A stretch of 64,000 bases of DNA from positions 6,076,001 through 6,140,000 of the forward strand of contig NC_092344.1 in NCBI RefSeq assembly GCF_963676685.1, in the 5' to 3' direction. Source of the stretch: Mytilus edulis. Taxonomy: Eukaryota. Below, piece by piece: positions 27,073-37,770 of the stretch. The notes below the pieces were generated by a model. It was not told the origin of the DNA. It ran no database searches and worked only from the letters and a program-made list of their open reading frames with translations. The translations under genes and the position numbers were made by a program. The first letter of the stretch is position 1. Each line of letters opens with the position of its first letter.

Positions 27073-27407
27073 ATACGAACTAACAGTTATTTAACATACT
27101 TAAAGGAAGCAAGATCTTTTTTAATTGTTTTGATTGTTCAATTTGATTTTACACATTTTTAAAACTGCGGTGAGTCGGTAAACAAGAGTGGGGCGATTTT
27201 TTTTATAAAGTGGCGATATAGTATGGACCGATTGGCAAGTGGGGCGAGTTGACATTGTTTGATATCTACTCATCAAGTTCGGGGTTCATAAAGGGTATAC
27301 ATCATATAATAATATATAAAGTATATTATAATGGTTGTGTGGCTTTTTAAACTAGATTTTATGAATTGTAAATGGTTTTTCGTCTAATCTAAACCGCTGG
27401 GATGTAA

Positions 27408-27485
27408 AATAGTTATCCCACTCGGACTTGGTGTGTCAGTGTTAGATCTTACACTGACACACCGCGTCCTTGTGGGATAACTATT
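27408..27485. repeat. 78-bp near-perfect palindrome (mini-MITE or hairpin)
   Basis: AATAGTTATCCCAC...GGTGTGTCAGTGT loop ACACTGACACACC...GTGGGATAACTATT. Confidence 0.85.
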
Positions 27486-28229
27486 AATTATTCTTTCAAA
27501 ATAGAAACATTGTAATGAAAACATTTTTAGTTACAAAGCTCAGTTGGACTGTTAATGAAGATCTTTAATAAAAAATGTAGAGCACATTTATTTATAAGAA
27601 AGTTTTATATAAACATAGCATGCACCTAATGAGTTTCTGCACAATTAGCACTGAGGCATCATAATGCATAACACAATTTTAATAAAAGCAAACAAATAGT
27701 TACACATTGATTAAATCGTGCATGTGATCTGTATGTTTTCCCTAAAATAGGAGACGCACACAAAGAGCCATGAAAACGCAAGTTCTGTCTTAAACAAGTG
27801 GATGAATTTCTTATGCGAATGACATTTTCATTTAAACGAGGTAAAAGTTAGGCCGTGTTCACATTGACCTAAATTCGGTGTTGTGTTAGTGTAACTCACA
27901 CGTAAACTAAACACAATTGCGTTCCCATTGATAAAACTCAATGTTTACATGTAGTTTAAATCATGTTTTATCTACACACAGTCGATAGTCAATGTAGGCC
28001 TTGTGTAGGTTAAGTGTACACAAAACTAGGCATTTAGGACATTAGTTTTACCGTGTATATATTTAAGGAGGAAACTATTTTTGAGTAAAATTGATATTTT
28101 TGATAATTATTAGTATAGTTCTTTACAGAAATTGTTGTCTAAATTTTACAGATTTTTTTTGTTAAAAACAAATTCGCGTACTTTATTAACCCCTGATTAA
28201 GACTCAAAGCAGCATCATTGCCGAACCCA

Positions 28230-28569
28230 TAAGGCAGGAACCAATTGATTTTCGGGAAGGGGGGCTATTATAGTTGAGTATAAAACATAAAGGCATTGGG
28301 GTGGGGCTATTATAGTTGAGTATAAAACATAAAGGCAAGGGGGTGGGGGTGAGCTATGGATTTTGTTTTGGAAACAAAAAATGTTTCCAGTTTTTGGCCC
28401 TGAAAAAAAATTTGTTTGTTTCACCCTCAGCTGCCACTATATATATATAATGCTAAAATTGATTTCGACTTGTCACCAAAATTTGTCCTGGAAAAATCAA
28501 TAGCCCACGCCCCTCTACCCCCCCCCCTTTTTCCCTCCCTAAAAAATGAAGTAAATAGTTGCTGCCTAA
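28230..28569. mobile_element. Tourist-like MITE nested in the Harbinger-like element
   Basis: Imperfect TIRs taaggcaggaaccaattga ... taaatagttgctgcctaa with internal G-run and C-run; internal about 45-bp duplication. Confidence 0.6.
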
Positions 28570-28947
28570 TTCATTTGAAAAGGTCTTCCCGAATCGACTT
28601 GACGTACATAGAAATATTTGCCACTGGTCTTTACTCAAACAACGATTCACGCATAAATGCATGACTAAAAAAAGTGTGGGGTAAATGATATGTTTGTCTA
28701 GTATCTCAAATCCGTTAAATAACACTTAAAATAAATTAAAAAAAACGTGACCCTATTCTTTTACCAAATACTCCTTGGAGAAGAAATACCATTTGAAACA
28801 AACAGAAAAGATAAAAATTTAGAGATCCCTAATAACTCAATCCTTTTTTTCGGCTGTAAGCACGCTGCTGCAGCTAACGTTTTCTACTGCGTAATCGAGA
28901 CATCTCTAGTATATTCAAACTACTGCAAATTATAAAAATGGCTTTCA

Positions 28948-29228
28948 TAAAGTAGTAACCACTTAACTTAAAAAGGGGGAGGGTTATTTTTTTTTTATCT
29001 GAGTAAGATTTTTTTTTCGCGCGTACGTTTTTATTCCTTTTTTTTCGATGCTGGTGATCAAATACATTTTTTTTTCAATATTTAACACTATAATGTATGG
29101 GGAAACTCTTTGATTCAGAATATTTCTTTTATCATCTGTATGATCATTTTTTTTTTATCAAATTGGGGATCGGAATATTTCCATTCCCACCCCATCCACC
29201 CTTTTGAAGTCAAATGGTTGTTCCCTTA
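28948..29228. mobile_element. Second MITE of similar design nested in the Harbinger-like element
   Basis: aaccacttaacttaaaaagggg ... cccttttgaagtcaaatggttgttccctta inverted ends. Confidence 0.55.
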
Positions 29229-29991
29229 CCGCTAGAAAAATTGTTCCAAAATTTTGAATTCAGTTCTACGTAATGAACATTTAAATGACACATAGTTTAC
29301 AAGTGAGAACAAATCTTATGTACAGGTAGCTAAACAATGTGTATAGATGTGAACAAATGTAATGTGAAACCAGTGCACACTTCACTAAACTAATTGTAAA
29401 CATGTTTACTCTACACGGCGTTTGGTGTGAACACGGCCTTAGTCAAAGATACCAGGTGTACCTTTTGTTACGCCATACACGCATTTCGTCTATATTAGAT
29501 TCATCAGTAGAATTTGAATCTAAACAGTTGGTATGCAAAACAAAATACTTTGAAATATAATGTGAAACCATACCATGGTTATATTCAATCACAGTTCAGT
29601 TCATTGGTTCATACTTTGTCGAGTTTGCATTCGATCGAGTTTCAATATTGTTACAACTACAATGTAGACTGGCAACAAACATTTGTGAGTGTTATACGTC
29701 ATTTTCATTTTGAACCTATATGTATTACTGAAATTAAATAAAAATTTATAGTTTATAACTTTTTATTAATTTTCCTTTTTACTTGTATGTAAATATAAAA
29801 TTAAAAGATATGGTATGGTTGCTGATGAGACACCTCTCAACAAGAGAAAATACTACACAGAAAAATAAAACTCTAAACCTAATGGACACATATTTGTATA
29901 ATTTACGAATGTACATTTTTAATAAAACAATCATCAAAGATTCCAGGCCTATCATTTTGAATACCAGAAGCTATTCTACAAAAGACTTTAA

Positions 29992-30240
29992 AGGGACGAC
30001 ATCAAAATCAATGAAGGATAAAAAAAAACTTAATTCATATAGTATTTTCATTGACCCCCTACCCCCCCCCCCCCCCCTCCCCTCTCTCTCAATTTACTTT
30101 TGGAAAAATTGATTGACCAATAATGATATGTATAAGTCGATGTCAAATGAACAAAATTGCAGCAATTTTGACCAACCCCACCCCCAAAGTATTTGAATTA
30201 AGTTTTTTTGATCCTTAATTGATTTTTTTATGTCGTCTCT
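29992..30240. mobile_element. 249-bp MITE with about 45-bp TIRs and TAA TSD
   Basis: AGGGACGACATCAAAATCAAT... and ...ATTGATTTTTTTATGTCGTCTCT, TAA on both sides. Confidence 0.8.
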
Positions 30241-31446
30241 TAATGACGCCCGAATGAAGAGCGTAGTAGACTGAAAATTCCAAATGGCTTTTCCAAAACC
30301 ACATCAAGGATATTTTAAATAAATACATGGTGATAATATTGTCTGCAAATTATTCACTTTTTATGAGATATGACTCAAAACAGTGGACTTCTTAAAGTGA
30401 CTTTAGTTTCAAGATTCTTTTGAAATTCACCTGATTTTACTCTATTTCAGGGGTTTTACGCTTTACAGGCGTTAAAATGTATAATAATGTCCAAATATCG
30501 AGCATATCAATCCGGATTCTTGAGTCAGTGTCTTCTTAGAAGAGAAAATCGACACCGGTTATGTATTTTATATGTTTCCTTCATTATTATTTGTACAGGT
30601 ACGAGTGGTATAGTCTTATTTAAATATTGCAAAAATGTCGCCTACAAAATTTAAATGCTGATATTGCACAATAGCCTCAACAGGATTTAAATCATAACAT
30701 ATATGTATATAAAACTAGTGAATCAATGTTTGGTATGCCTTATTTGGTACGGGTATAACAAAGGCGGGTGATTAAACCAGATATTTCAACACCAAATATC
30801 AAGTTCATGGGACTTATTTAATTACGCAAATTATCAAGGAAATATGTTAAAAGAGAAGATATGATAAGACTACTTTTTGAGCCCTAAAACTCGAATATAG
30901 AAAGGTGAAGTTATAGATCCGTCAGATGCGTTTTCACATGACTAAAGGCTTGCGGATATTAATATTCATATTTTCAAATTGTGCAGGACAAAATTGCTTC
31001 TGGGATTCTAATTTCGACAATTTAATGCAATACTACATTGCCAAAATAGGTTCTTAAAAACTGTTCACTAGTAATTAAATATGAGACGCAGCCTGATAAA
31101 AAAAGTTCTTTGCTACAAGAAAAGATAAGTCCTCTACTGAAATGTTGGTTACATAAAATTAAATAATTGACAGGAAATATTATCCCCATCCAGTTTTTAA
31201 TATCGTTATTGAGTATTTTCGGAATTAGAGTCTTGAATGATTTTAAGCTTTGAACCTTATAACTATTTGTTTATTTAAACGTCACTGACCAGGATGAGTA
31301 TTTGGAAGATGAAGCGTGCATCTTGCGTACAAAATTATAGGACTTGCATTTTTAATGATTTTCTTTTATTGGTATCATACATATTTTAAAATACTCATAT
31401 ATTTCCCTGCTTACATAAAACTTCAAAGGATTAATATGATGTATAG

Positions 31447-31682
31447 TTATAATTCAATTTTGGATGTAACGCGTGTTCTGATTGGCTAACGTTGTTTTGT
31501 TTATCAGCTCATAGACATTATTTTGGTCAGGTGACCGTGACGTCATCAACGTTTTTTCATGGTTTACTCCGGTTTAAAATGGAATTTAGAATTAAATTAT
31601 ACGAAATAACTGTAATATTTTATCTGTCTATTCGAAATAACATAAAAAATGTGGTGCACACTGAATAACCCGCAAAGCAATT
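31447..31682. mobile_element. Truncated insertion, possibly of the same palindrome-type class
   Basis: Interrupts a duplicated module whose halves (31395-31446 and 31700-31785) are contiguous in the 29574-29727 copy; carries ctgattggct and TGACGTCA. Confidence 0.5.
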
Positions 31683-33094
31683 ATTCTTTGCCAATCCGTA
31701 AATTGCAGAATAAATACTACTGAAACTCGATCGGCGTGAAATCCACAAAGTATCAACCAATGAACTGAACTGCCTCTATGATATAATTAACTAAAAGTTC
31801 AACGTCGTATTTGATTTTGTCTACAACTAATAATTTGGGTACACATCTTGTTAAGATAAAGCCTTGAATCAGAACTGTTTCTGCTTTAAATTTACAATGC
31901 AACCTAAAAGCCCTTGCCATGTAATAAAGGTCAGTCCTTATTCCTTGTGCGGATTCGGGTGTAATTTGTCTATGTTTTGTTTGGTTTATATCAGCTCGTC
32001 AAAATTTGTGCAAGATTTTGAATTTTCAAATATGTTGGTCATACGCATCACTGAAGATACATTAGTTGTTTAAATGCGCACACATATGGTGCTATAAAAT
32101 TGTATGGCACCGTTAACATTATATTTTCAATATGTTGATGACTTTCTGTTTCCATCTTGGCATCTATGTTGATTTTAGTTATTCACATAAGTCTCTAGAC
32201 GATGTCATTCTATGTTTATTTATCAATAGAGCTAACATTATTTTATTAGGATTGAACAGTTTTTCTATTTTTGGAATTAATTTACAATAACATTGCTCTC
32301 ATACTTCCTACTTTGAATGAATTGAGAAATAAGACAGTTTAAATATAGACGATCTAATATATTTATAGTTTGATATGTAAATATAGAAATGTGGCAAGGA
32401 ACATATACAATCCGAAAGTGAATGACAATAAACAGCATAATTCCTAGACACATAAATTTGTGGTATCAATAGCACGTGATATGTAAATCACTTTTCGATC
32501 ACTGTCATCATATAAAACTACCTACAAGTGTTATAAATGACGAGACTTTAATTGAACATTAAATCTTAATCTTAATCTATACAAATGACTAGTATCTCAA
32601 ATTGAAATGTTTTAAACATCCGTAAAGTACCGTCGCCTTAATTAGGCTTTCCCAACAAAATACTGAATCGCTTTTTGTTTGTTTCATTTACTGAATCTAT
32701 TTCTGGCTAGCAAGTTGTCTGCATATGTCTGATTTAAGGTGAAATTTCCCTCAACCCGATATAAACTCACAAAACTAAAAATAAAGTTCAATTTTCAGTT
32801 TGAAAAAAAACTTCCTTTGATAAATTCACATGGTCTATTTTAAGTGACTATACATGAATCTAATTATATCTTTAGGAAATATTTAAAGTTCGACTTTGAT
32901 TTATATAATTATAGACATGATATAACATTTTTTTTAATTTTAGGCATATATTTTGAAGGGCTTATTAAAGCTGATCTGTTTGCCTGAATCATAAACAGGA
33001 AGTTGACTATGTTTGTCAGACTAAAGGAAAAAAATATTATTTAAATTCGTAAATTAACATCACTCAATGTTCACTTTTTTCGTTTTGTTCTATT

Positions 33095-33455
33095 GTTTAT
33101 TTGTTTCGCTGTCCTGTATGGTCTTCCATTCATTTGTATTGTAGTCCTGTCATGTAATGTTGTCATTTTAGTGTTATATTCAACATTGTCATTAAAGCGG
33201 AAGGTTTGGCTAGACACAAAACCAGGCCCAACCCACCATTTTTTTTCTTAAAATGTCCTGTACCAAGTCAGGAAAATAGCTATTGTTATCTTATAGGTTC
33301 TGTGTGTGTTGCATTTTAGTGTATTTGTTGTTTCGTTGTTCTATCCATTATATTTGATGTGTTTCCCTCAGTTTAAGTTTGTAACCCGGATTTGTTTTTT
33401 CTCAATTGATTTATGAATTTCGAACAGCGGTATACTCCTGTTCACTTTATTTACT
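33095..33455 (+). repeat. SINE-like family E (tail ...CAGCGGTATACTACTGTTGCCTTTATTT)
   Basis: Other copies at 13188-13292, 46065-46290, 49200-49395 and 56905-57290. Confidence 0.85.
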
Positions 33456-33724
33456 TATACATAATTTTCCATACATTTAGTGACATATGTCGAATACAAC
33501 TTGTGTCTTACATTATAGGGACTTGAAATTTATGTTTCTGCACTAAAAGTGTACAGCTGATTTTGGAATACAATTAGAATGTATCAAACTAATATTTCTA
33601 ATAATAAGTGTACTATTGATTTTTTGATATATTTAGAATTTACCAAACCGATGTTTCTGCACTTCAAGTATACTATATTGATTTTTTAATATATTTAGAA
33701 TTTACCGAACTTATATTTCTGCAT

Positions 33725-34620
33725 TTCGTTTACCTATGTCTGTTCACATTAATAACAAACATTAAGAAGTTACAGTTTCACATCGTTGTCAATAAAATGA
33801 AATGTTATATCATTGTCATACAAGTGAGAGGTTTAGCTCGATATAAAACCAGATTTAATCCACCAATTTCTTCATAAGAAAGTGCCTGTACCAAGTCAGG
33901 AATATGACAGTTGTTATAAATTTGTTTGATGTGTTTGACCTTTTAATTTTTTTTTCAAGTGTTTTACTGATTTTTGAATATATTTAGAATCAACTAAATT
34001 CATATGTCTGCAGTTTAAGTGTATTATTTATTTTTGAATATAATTAACAGTATTTTGAAAGTCTTTTCTCCATTTAAGAAGTCATAAAAAAGATTCCTTA
34101 AGTACCATCTTTTCCATTTGTACATAGTTGATATAATGGGGAATATATCACATTGGATGTATACCAGGGTAAATTACTCTTATTTCGATTGTTTAATTTG
34201 TCGCTAATTAATCTACTGGAATGACATCCGTGTGCCGGATTCGAGATTTGATACAAATAAACCGAAATTATTGAATGAAGTCCTTCAAGTGAGTGAAAAG
34301 AGGGAAACTATCATGTGTCACCTAAATCGTTTACCTATGTCTGTTCACATAAATAACAAACATTAAGAAGTTACATTTTCACATCGTTGTCAATATAATG
34401 AAATTTAATGCTATTGTCATACACGTGAGCGGTTTAGCTAGCTATAAAACCAGGTTGAATAATCAACCATTTTATTAGAAAATGTCTGTACTAAGTTAGG
34501 AATATGACAGTTGTTATCCATTCGTTTGGTGTGTTTGGGCTTTTGATTTTGTCATTTGAGTAGGGACTTTCCGATTTGAATTTTCCTCGTAGTTCGGTAT
34601 TTTTGTGATTGAATATTTTC
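33725..34620 (+). repeat. Two locally duplicated family B copies (33725-33955, 34326-34620) beside degenerate about 60-bp repeats
   Basis: Both begin tcgtttacctatgtctgttcacat..aataacaaacattaagaagttaca. Confidence 0.8.
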
Positions 34621-35602
34621 ATTGGTATACATTTTTTTCTTTTTGAATTTGATTCAAGTCATCTTTAGTTCTTCCCTCCTTCCCTTCCATTTTGTTTAAA
34701 GTAAATGAAGAAGTATAACCAAAAAGTACTATAAAATTTTTAATTGCATATAAACAAATGCTATATATACAGATTTGTATTATGAATAATGATTGTCAGT
34801 ATTGAAATGTTACAAATGTTACACAGTTTTCGAGAAACCGAATCAGCAATGCGAGATCGAATCAGCACTGCATACTCCTCCTCACGTTGGGTCTAAAGTA
34901 CAGATATCAATGATAAACATTGGTCGAGTTTTAATACAGCAACATGCTATCACCAGGTCATATTAACAGGTGCATAGGTCACAAGAACTCTATACTGATC
35001 GTATAAATAACGGATCTTTTATGACTTCTAAATATCCAGGTTTGGCTTCCTGCAAAAAAAATGAAGTTTTGTTTATTACTTGCACTCAATCATCATATTC
35101 ATGTTGAATGCAACATTTTGCATACCAAGAAATGCTTAAGATGTTCAAAAAAACGTTGGTTTGTCAGATATTAGCATTTATGTTTGTTTAGTTCTATTTT
35201 ACACAACTGCTTCAGTGCTTTCAACTTCTTTTATTGATGGAGAACTCCTTTAATACTGGTCTCATTTTGTGATCTTGATATCAATAAATACTACAAGATG
35301 TTTTATACAAAAAAGTACAATAAGCGTCTGTAAAATACTCAAAGGTCAAATATAACGAAGAACATCATGTTCATGACATCAAAGAGACATCTCAACATTT
35401 CTGCTTATTTTTTTTTTTTATATTATTCTAACTATAAAAAAACACCTATTTATAAATGCAAGAATTTTTACTTTTTTTGCATTTTTGAAGTGAAAATAGT
35501 GATTATGATATATGCTGTTAACAGTTTTTTAATCTTAAAACCAATTATGCACAACTTTTCTTGTTAGTACCTGGTGAAAGGTCATATGTAATGTAATCAT
35601 CA

Positions 35603-35773
35603 TCAATCAGGTAACCGGACAACTGTACACTGTGACATGGCGTAGTAATTGTTGATGAACTCTTCAATGCTGTCTGAATTATCATTATGTATCAAAACAC
35701 AGTCTATTTCTTCACTGCCATCTGCTTTATTTGTTGGTGAAAGCACGCTTTCAACAGTTTTCAAACAATCGAC
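35603..35773 (-). CDS. GADD45: GADD45 coding exon 4 (VDCLKTVES...DCVLIHND...VVRLPD-stop)
   Basis: Acceptor tttttgcattttag|; 171 nt; ends in TGA followed by two more in-frame TGA codons. Confidence 0.94.
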   Translation of the reverse strand, partial: VDCLKTVESVLSPTNKADGSEEIDCVLIHNDNSDSIEEFINNYYAMSQCTVVRLPD

Positions 35774-37527
35774 CTAAAATGCAAAAAATAAGGTAAGTAT
35801 TGCGTATGTCAGTTCAAACCTACGAATTAAACATTATAATCGTTAAGATTTTTATCCATTTTCTTTTGGCAACACAAAGTTTTCTATTATTTGTGATAAT
35901 AGAAGATAGCAGTTTGCTTTTTGAATTCAGAACTTTTTTAGCTTTCTCTGTAATATATTTCTCTGTATTTGATAACCATTAAGTTTCAAAATTATAACAT
36001 CAATTATAATTTTATAATTACCTTGATGACATCAATGTCGTTTTCCCAACAAAATGCTTCAACGAGTTTCTGATGAATTTGCATTGTAACATCTTCTGTT
36101 TTATTTTGCAGCAAGCAAAGCCCAACATTTTCTGGAGAGCTGAAAAAGAAAGTTATATATTAGTATTATCGTCATTACATTGACAGACGTAAAAATACAT
36201 TTTCTTAACCAATATACATGAACATATTAAATTTTTTATTAAACTTTCCTATCATGAAAGATTCTGGAAAATAATAATTTCGGGGATATTTTTCCCCGTA
36301 TAGTTATTTTGTTATTAGAGCAAGTTTATCTAAAGTCGTGTGAATTTTAATCAAATTGCGCATTAACATATAACAAATATTATTGTTTTACCGTTTCGTA
36401 TTCAGCGACCTTGATTTATTTACTATATATAAACTATTCACTCAAGGACTTTAATAAATTCGCTTTTTTGTAAAGTATACTTAATGTTTTCCAAACATTT
36501 TCTTTTTATCCATTGTTTACCAAATTCGACTTACTTCTGTAATATTTGGGCACATTCATAAACGCCAGCGACAACTCTGTTCTCTTTTTGACCTTTTTTT
36601 AAGACTTCCTTCAACGCAAATCCCAAATTGTTGACAACATTTCTGTAAAAAAAAATGTAAACAACATAAATGTAAATTCCCTATTTCTATTTATATCACA
36701 CATTCCACATCAGCTGATATGATCTGGCAGTACGGTTTGACGTCATACAACAGCAGACGTGTCTTGGGTTGATATGTACTGGGTTAAAACGAACAAGTTT
36801 AATCACGAGTTTTCGTATATAGACACCAGGAATCACGAGGACTTGGTATTATACAAATTAATCTTCTGTTCCATAATGTCCATGTCATTTTATTCCTAGG
36901 TGCACTTTTGAAATTTATAATCTTGAAATCAATGAGTTTGTGAGTTCTGTAAAGACACTATGACCATGTCCATAGTCTGATTCATTACCATATTTTTCAT
37001 TGCATATATCGTGAACTTCAATTCCAACTCAGAAGGTCGCATGAAGAAGAATATACCTAAAGGGGGAATCCTTCATAGGACACTATATTAGCCCTGAAAC
37101 AGGAACAGTTTTGTTAAGAAAATCCTCAGAGAAAATCAAATTCATTATAAGTATCCCAAAATGTTATGAAGACTCCGTTGGTGTTTAATGGATTTTTTTC
37201 TAAAAAAAAACGGATTCTAACATAAACTCAGGGTTGCACCTGCTCGGATCGATTTGTACACTCTTTACACGTTTTTTTAAAAAATAAATTACACATTTTG
37301 CAAAGCTTTTTTTAGCGCTTCTTCACATGCATGCCAAAAGAGTGTCCTCCTGTCCTAGTGTATATTTTTCCTTCGATGCGACCCTGTTTAGAATATATTG
37401 ACTTCAGTTTGCTAATTATTTTTTCCAAAATATGTATCAATTTTATTTAAAAAAAAAAAAAAGGTATAAATTAAATATCTTACCTGTTTGAATCCACGAC
37501 AACATCAAAATCTTCAGGAAAAGTCAT
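35603..37527 (-). CDS. GADD45: Growth arrest and DNA damage-inducible protein GADD45, 4 coding exons, 146 aa: MTFPEDFDVVVDSNRNVVNNLGFALKEVLKKGQKENRVVAGVYECAQILQNSPENVGLCLLQNKTEDVTMQIHQKLVEAFCWENDIDVIKVDCLKTVESVLSPTNKADGSEEIDCVLIHNDNSDSIEEFINNYYAMSQCTVVRLPD
   Basis: Manual splicing: 44+108+118+171 = 441 nt, open frame, all introns GT-AG with polypyrimidine tracts. Family motifs ALxEVL, GVYExA, PxNVxLCLL, QIHxxLxxAFCxENDI, CVLI and terminal VxLP (L7Ae/Gadd45 fold). Confidence 0.96.
36022..36139 (-). CDS. GADD45: GADD45 coding exon 3 (SPENVGLCLLQNKTEDVTMQIHQKLVEAFCWENDIDVIK)
   Basis: Acceptor ctttttcag|, donor AAG|gtaatt; 118 nt; QIH and AFCxENDI motifs. Confidence 0.97.
36535..36642 (-). CDS. 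GADD45: GADD45 coding exon 2 (NVVNNLGFALKEVLKKGQKENRVVAGVYECAQILQ-N)
   Basis: Acceptor ttttttttacag|, donor |gtaagt; 108 nt; GVYE motif. Confidence 0.96.
37484..37527 (-). CDS. GADD45: GADD45 coding exon 1 (MTFPEDFDVVVDSN-R)
   Basis: caaaATG start context; 44 nt; donor AG|gtaag; phase 2 joins exon 2 in frame. Confidence 0.88.
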
Positions 37528-37569
37528 TTTGTATTCACAGACGAATAAAGAATAAAATTTCGTAACGCA

Positions 37570-37770
37570 GTAATCCACGTGCTTTATGAAAACTGATAGA
37601 TATGTATTCTGAGTACCGTGTTAAATCACTTCTCATAAATACGTACAACAACAAAAAGAAGTCATACTGGATTTTGATTGGCCAATATTTATCAAAGTCG
37701 AAGGTATTTGTCCTTGACACATATACGTTTTTCATTTGAATTCTTTAATTGCATATCAAATAAACAATAC
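37570..37770 (-). promoter_or_regulatory. Probable GADD45 proximal promoter
   Basis: Inr-like TCAGTT near 37595, palindromic double CCAAT box ATTGGCCAAT 37677-37686, octamer-like ATGCAATT 37747-37754, forkhead-type TTGTTTATTT 37758-37767, E-box CACGTG 37576-37581. Motif matches only. Confidence 0.45.

Larger units (their letters stand above)
27851..29438. mobile_element. 1.6-kb PIF/Harbinger-like non-autonomous element with nested MITEs
   Basis: TIR GGCCGTGTTCACA; TTA TSD at 27848-27850 and 29439-29441. Confidence 0.85.

Noticed and set aside
34700-35600. AU-rich destabilising element cluster in the GADD45 3' UTR
   Set aside because: Only scattered single ATTTA pentamers, expected in AT-rich DNA; the polyadenylation site cannot be fixed from sequence.
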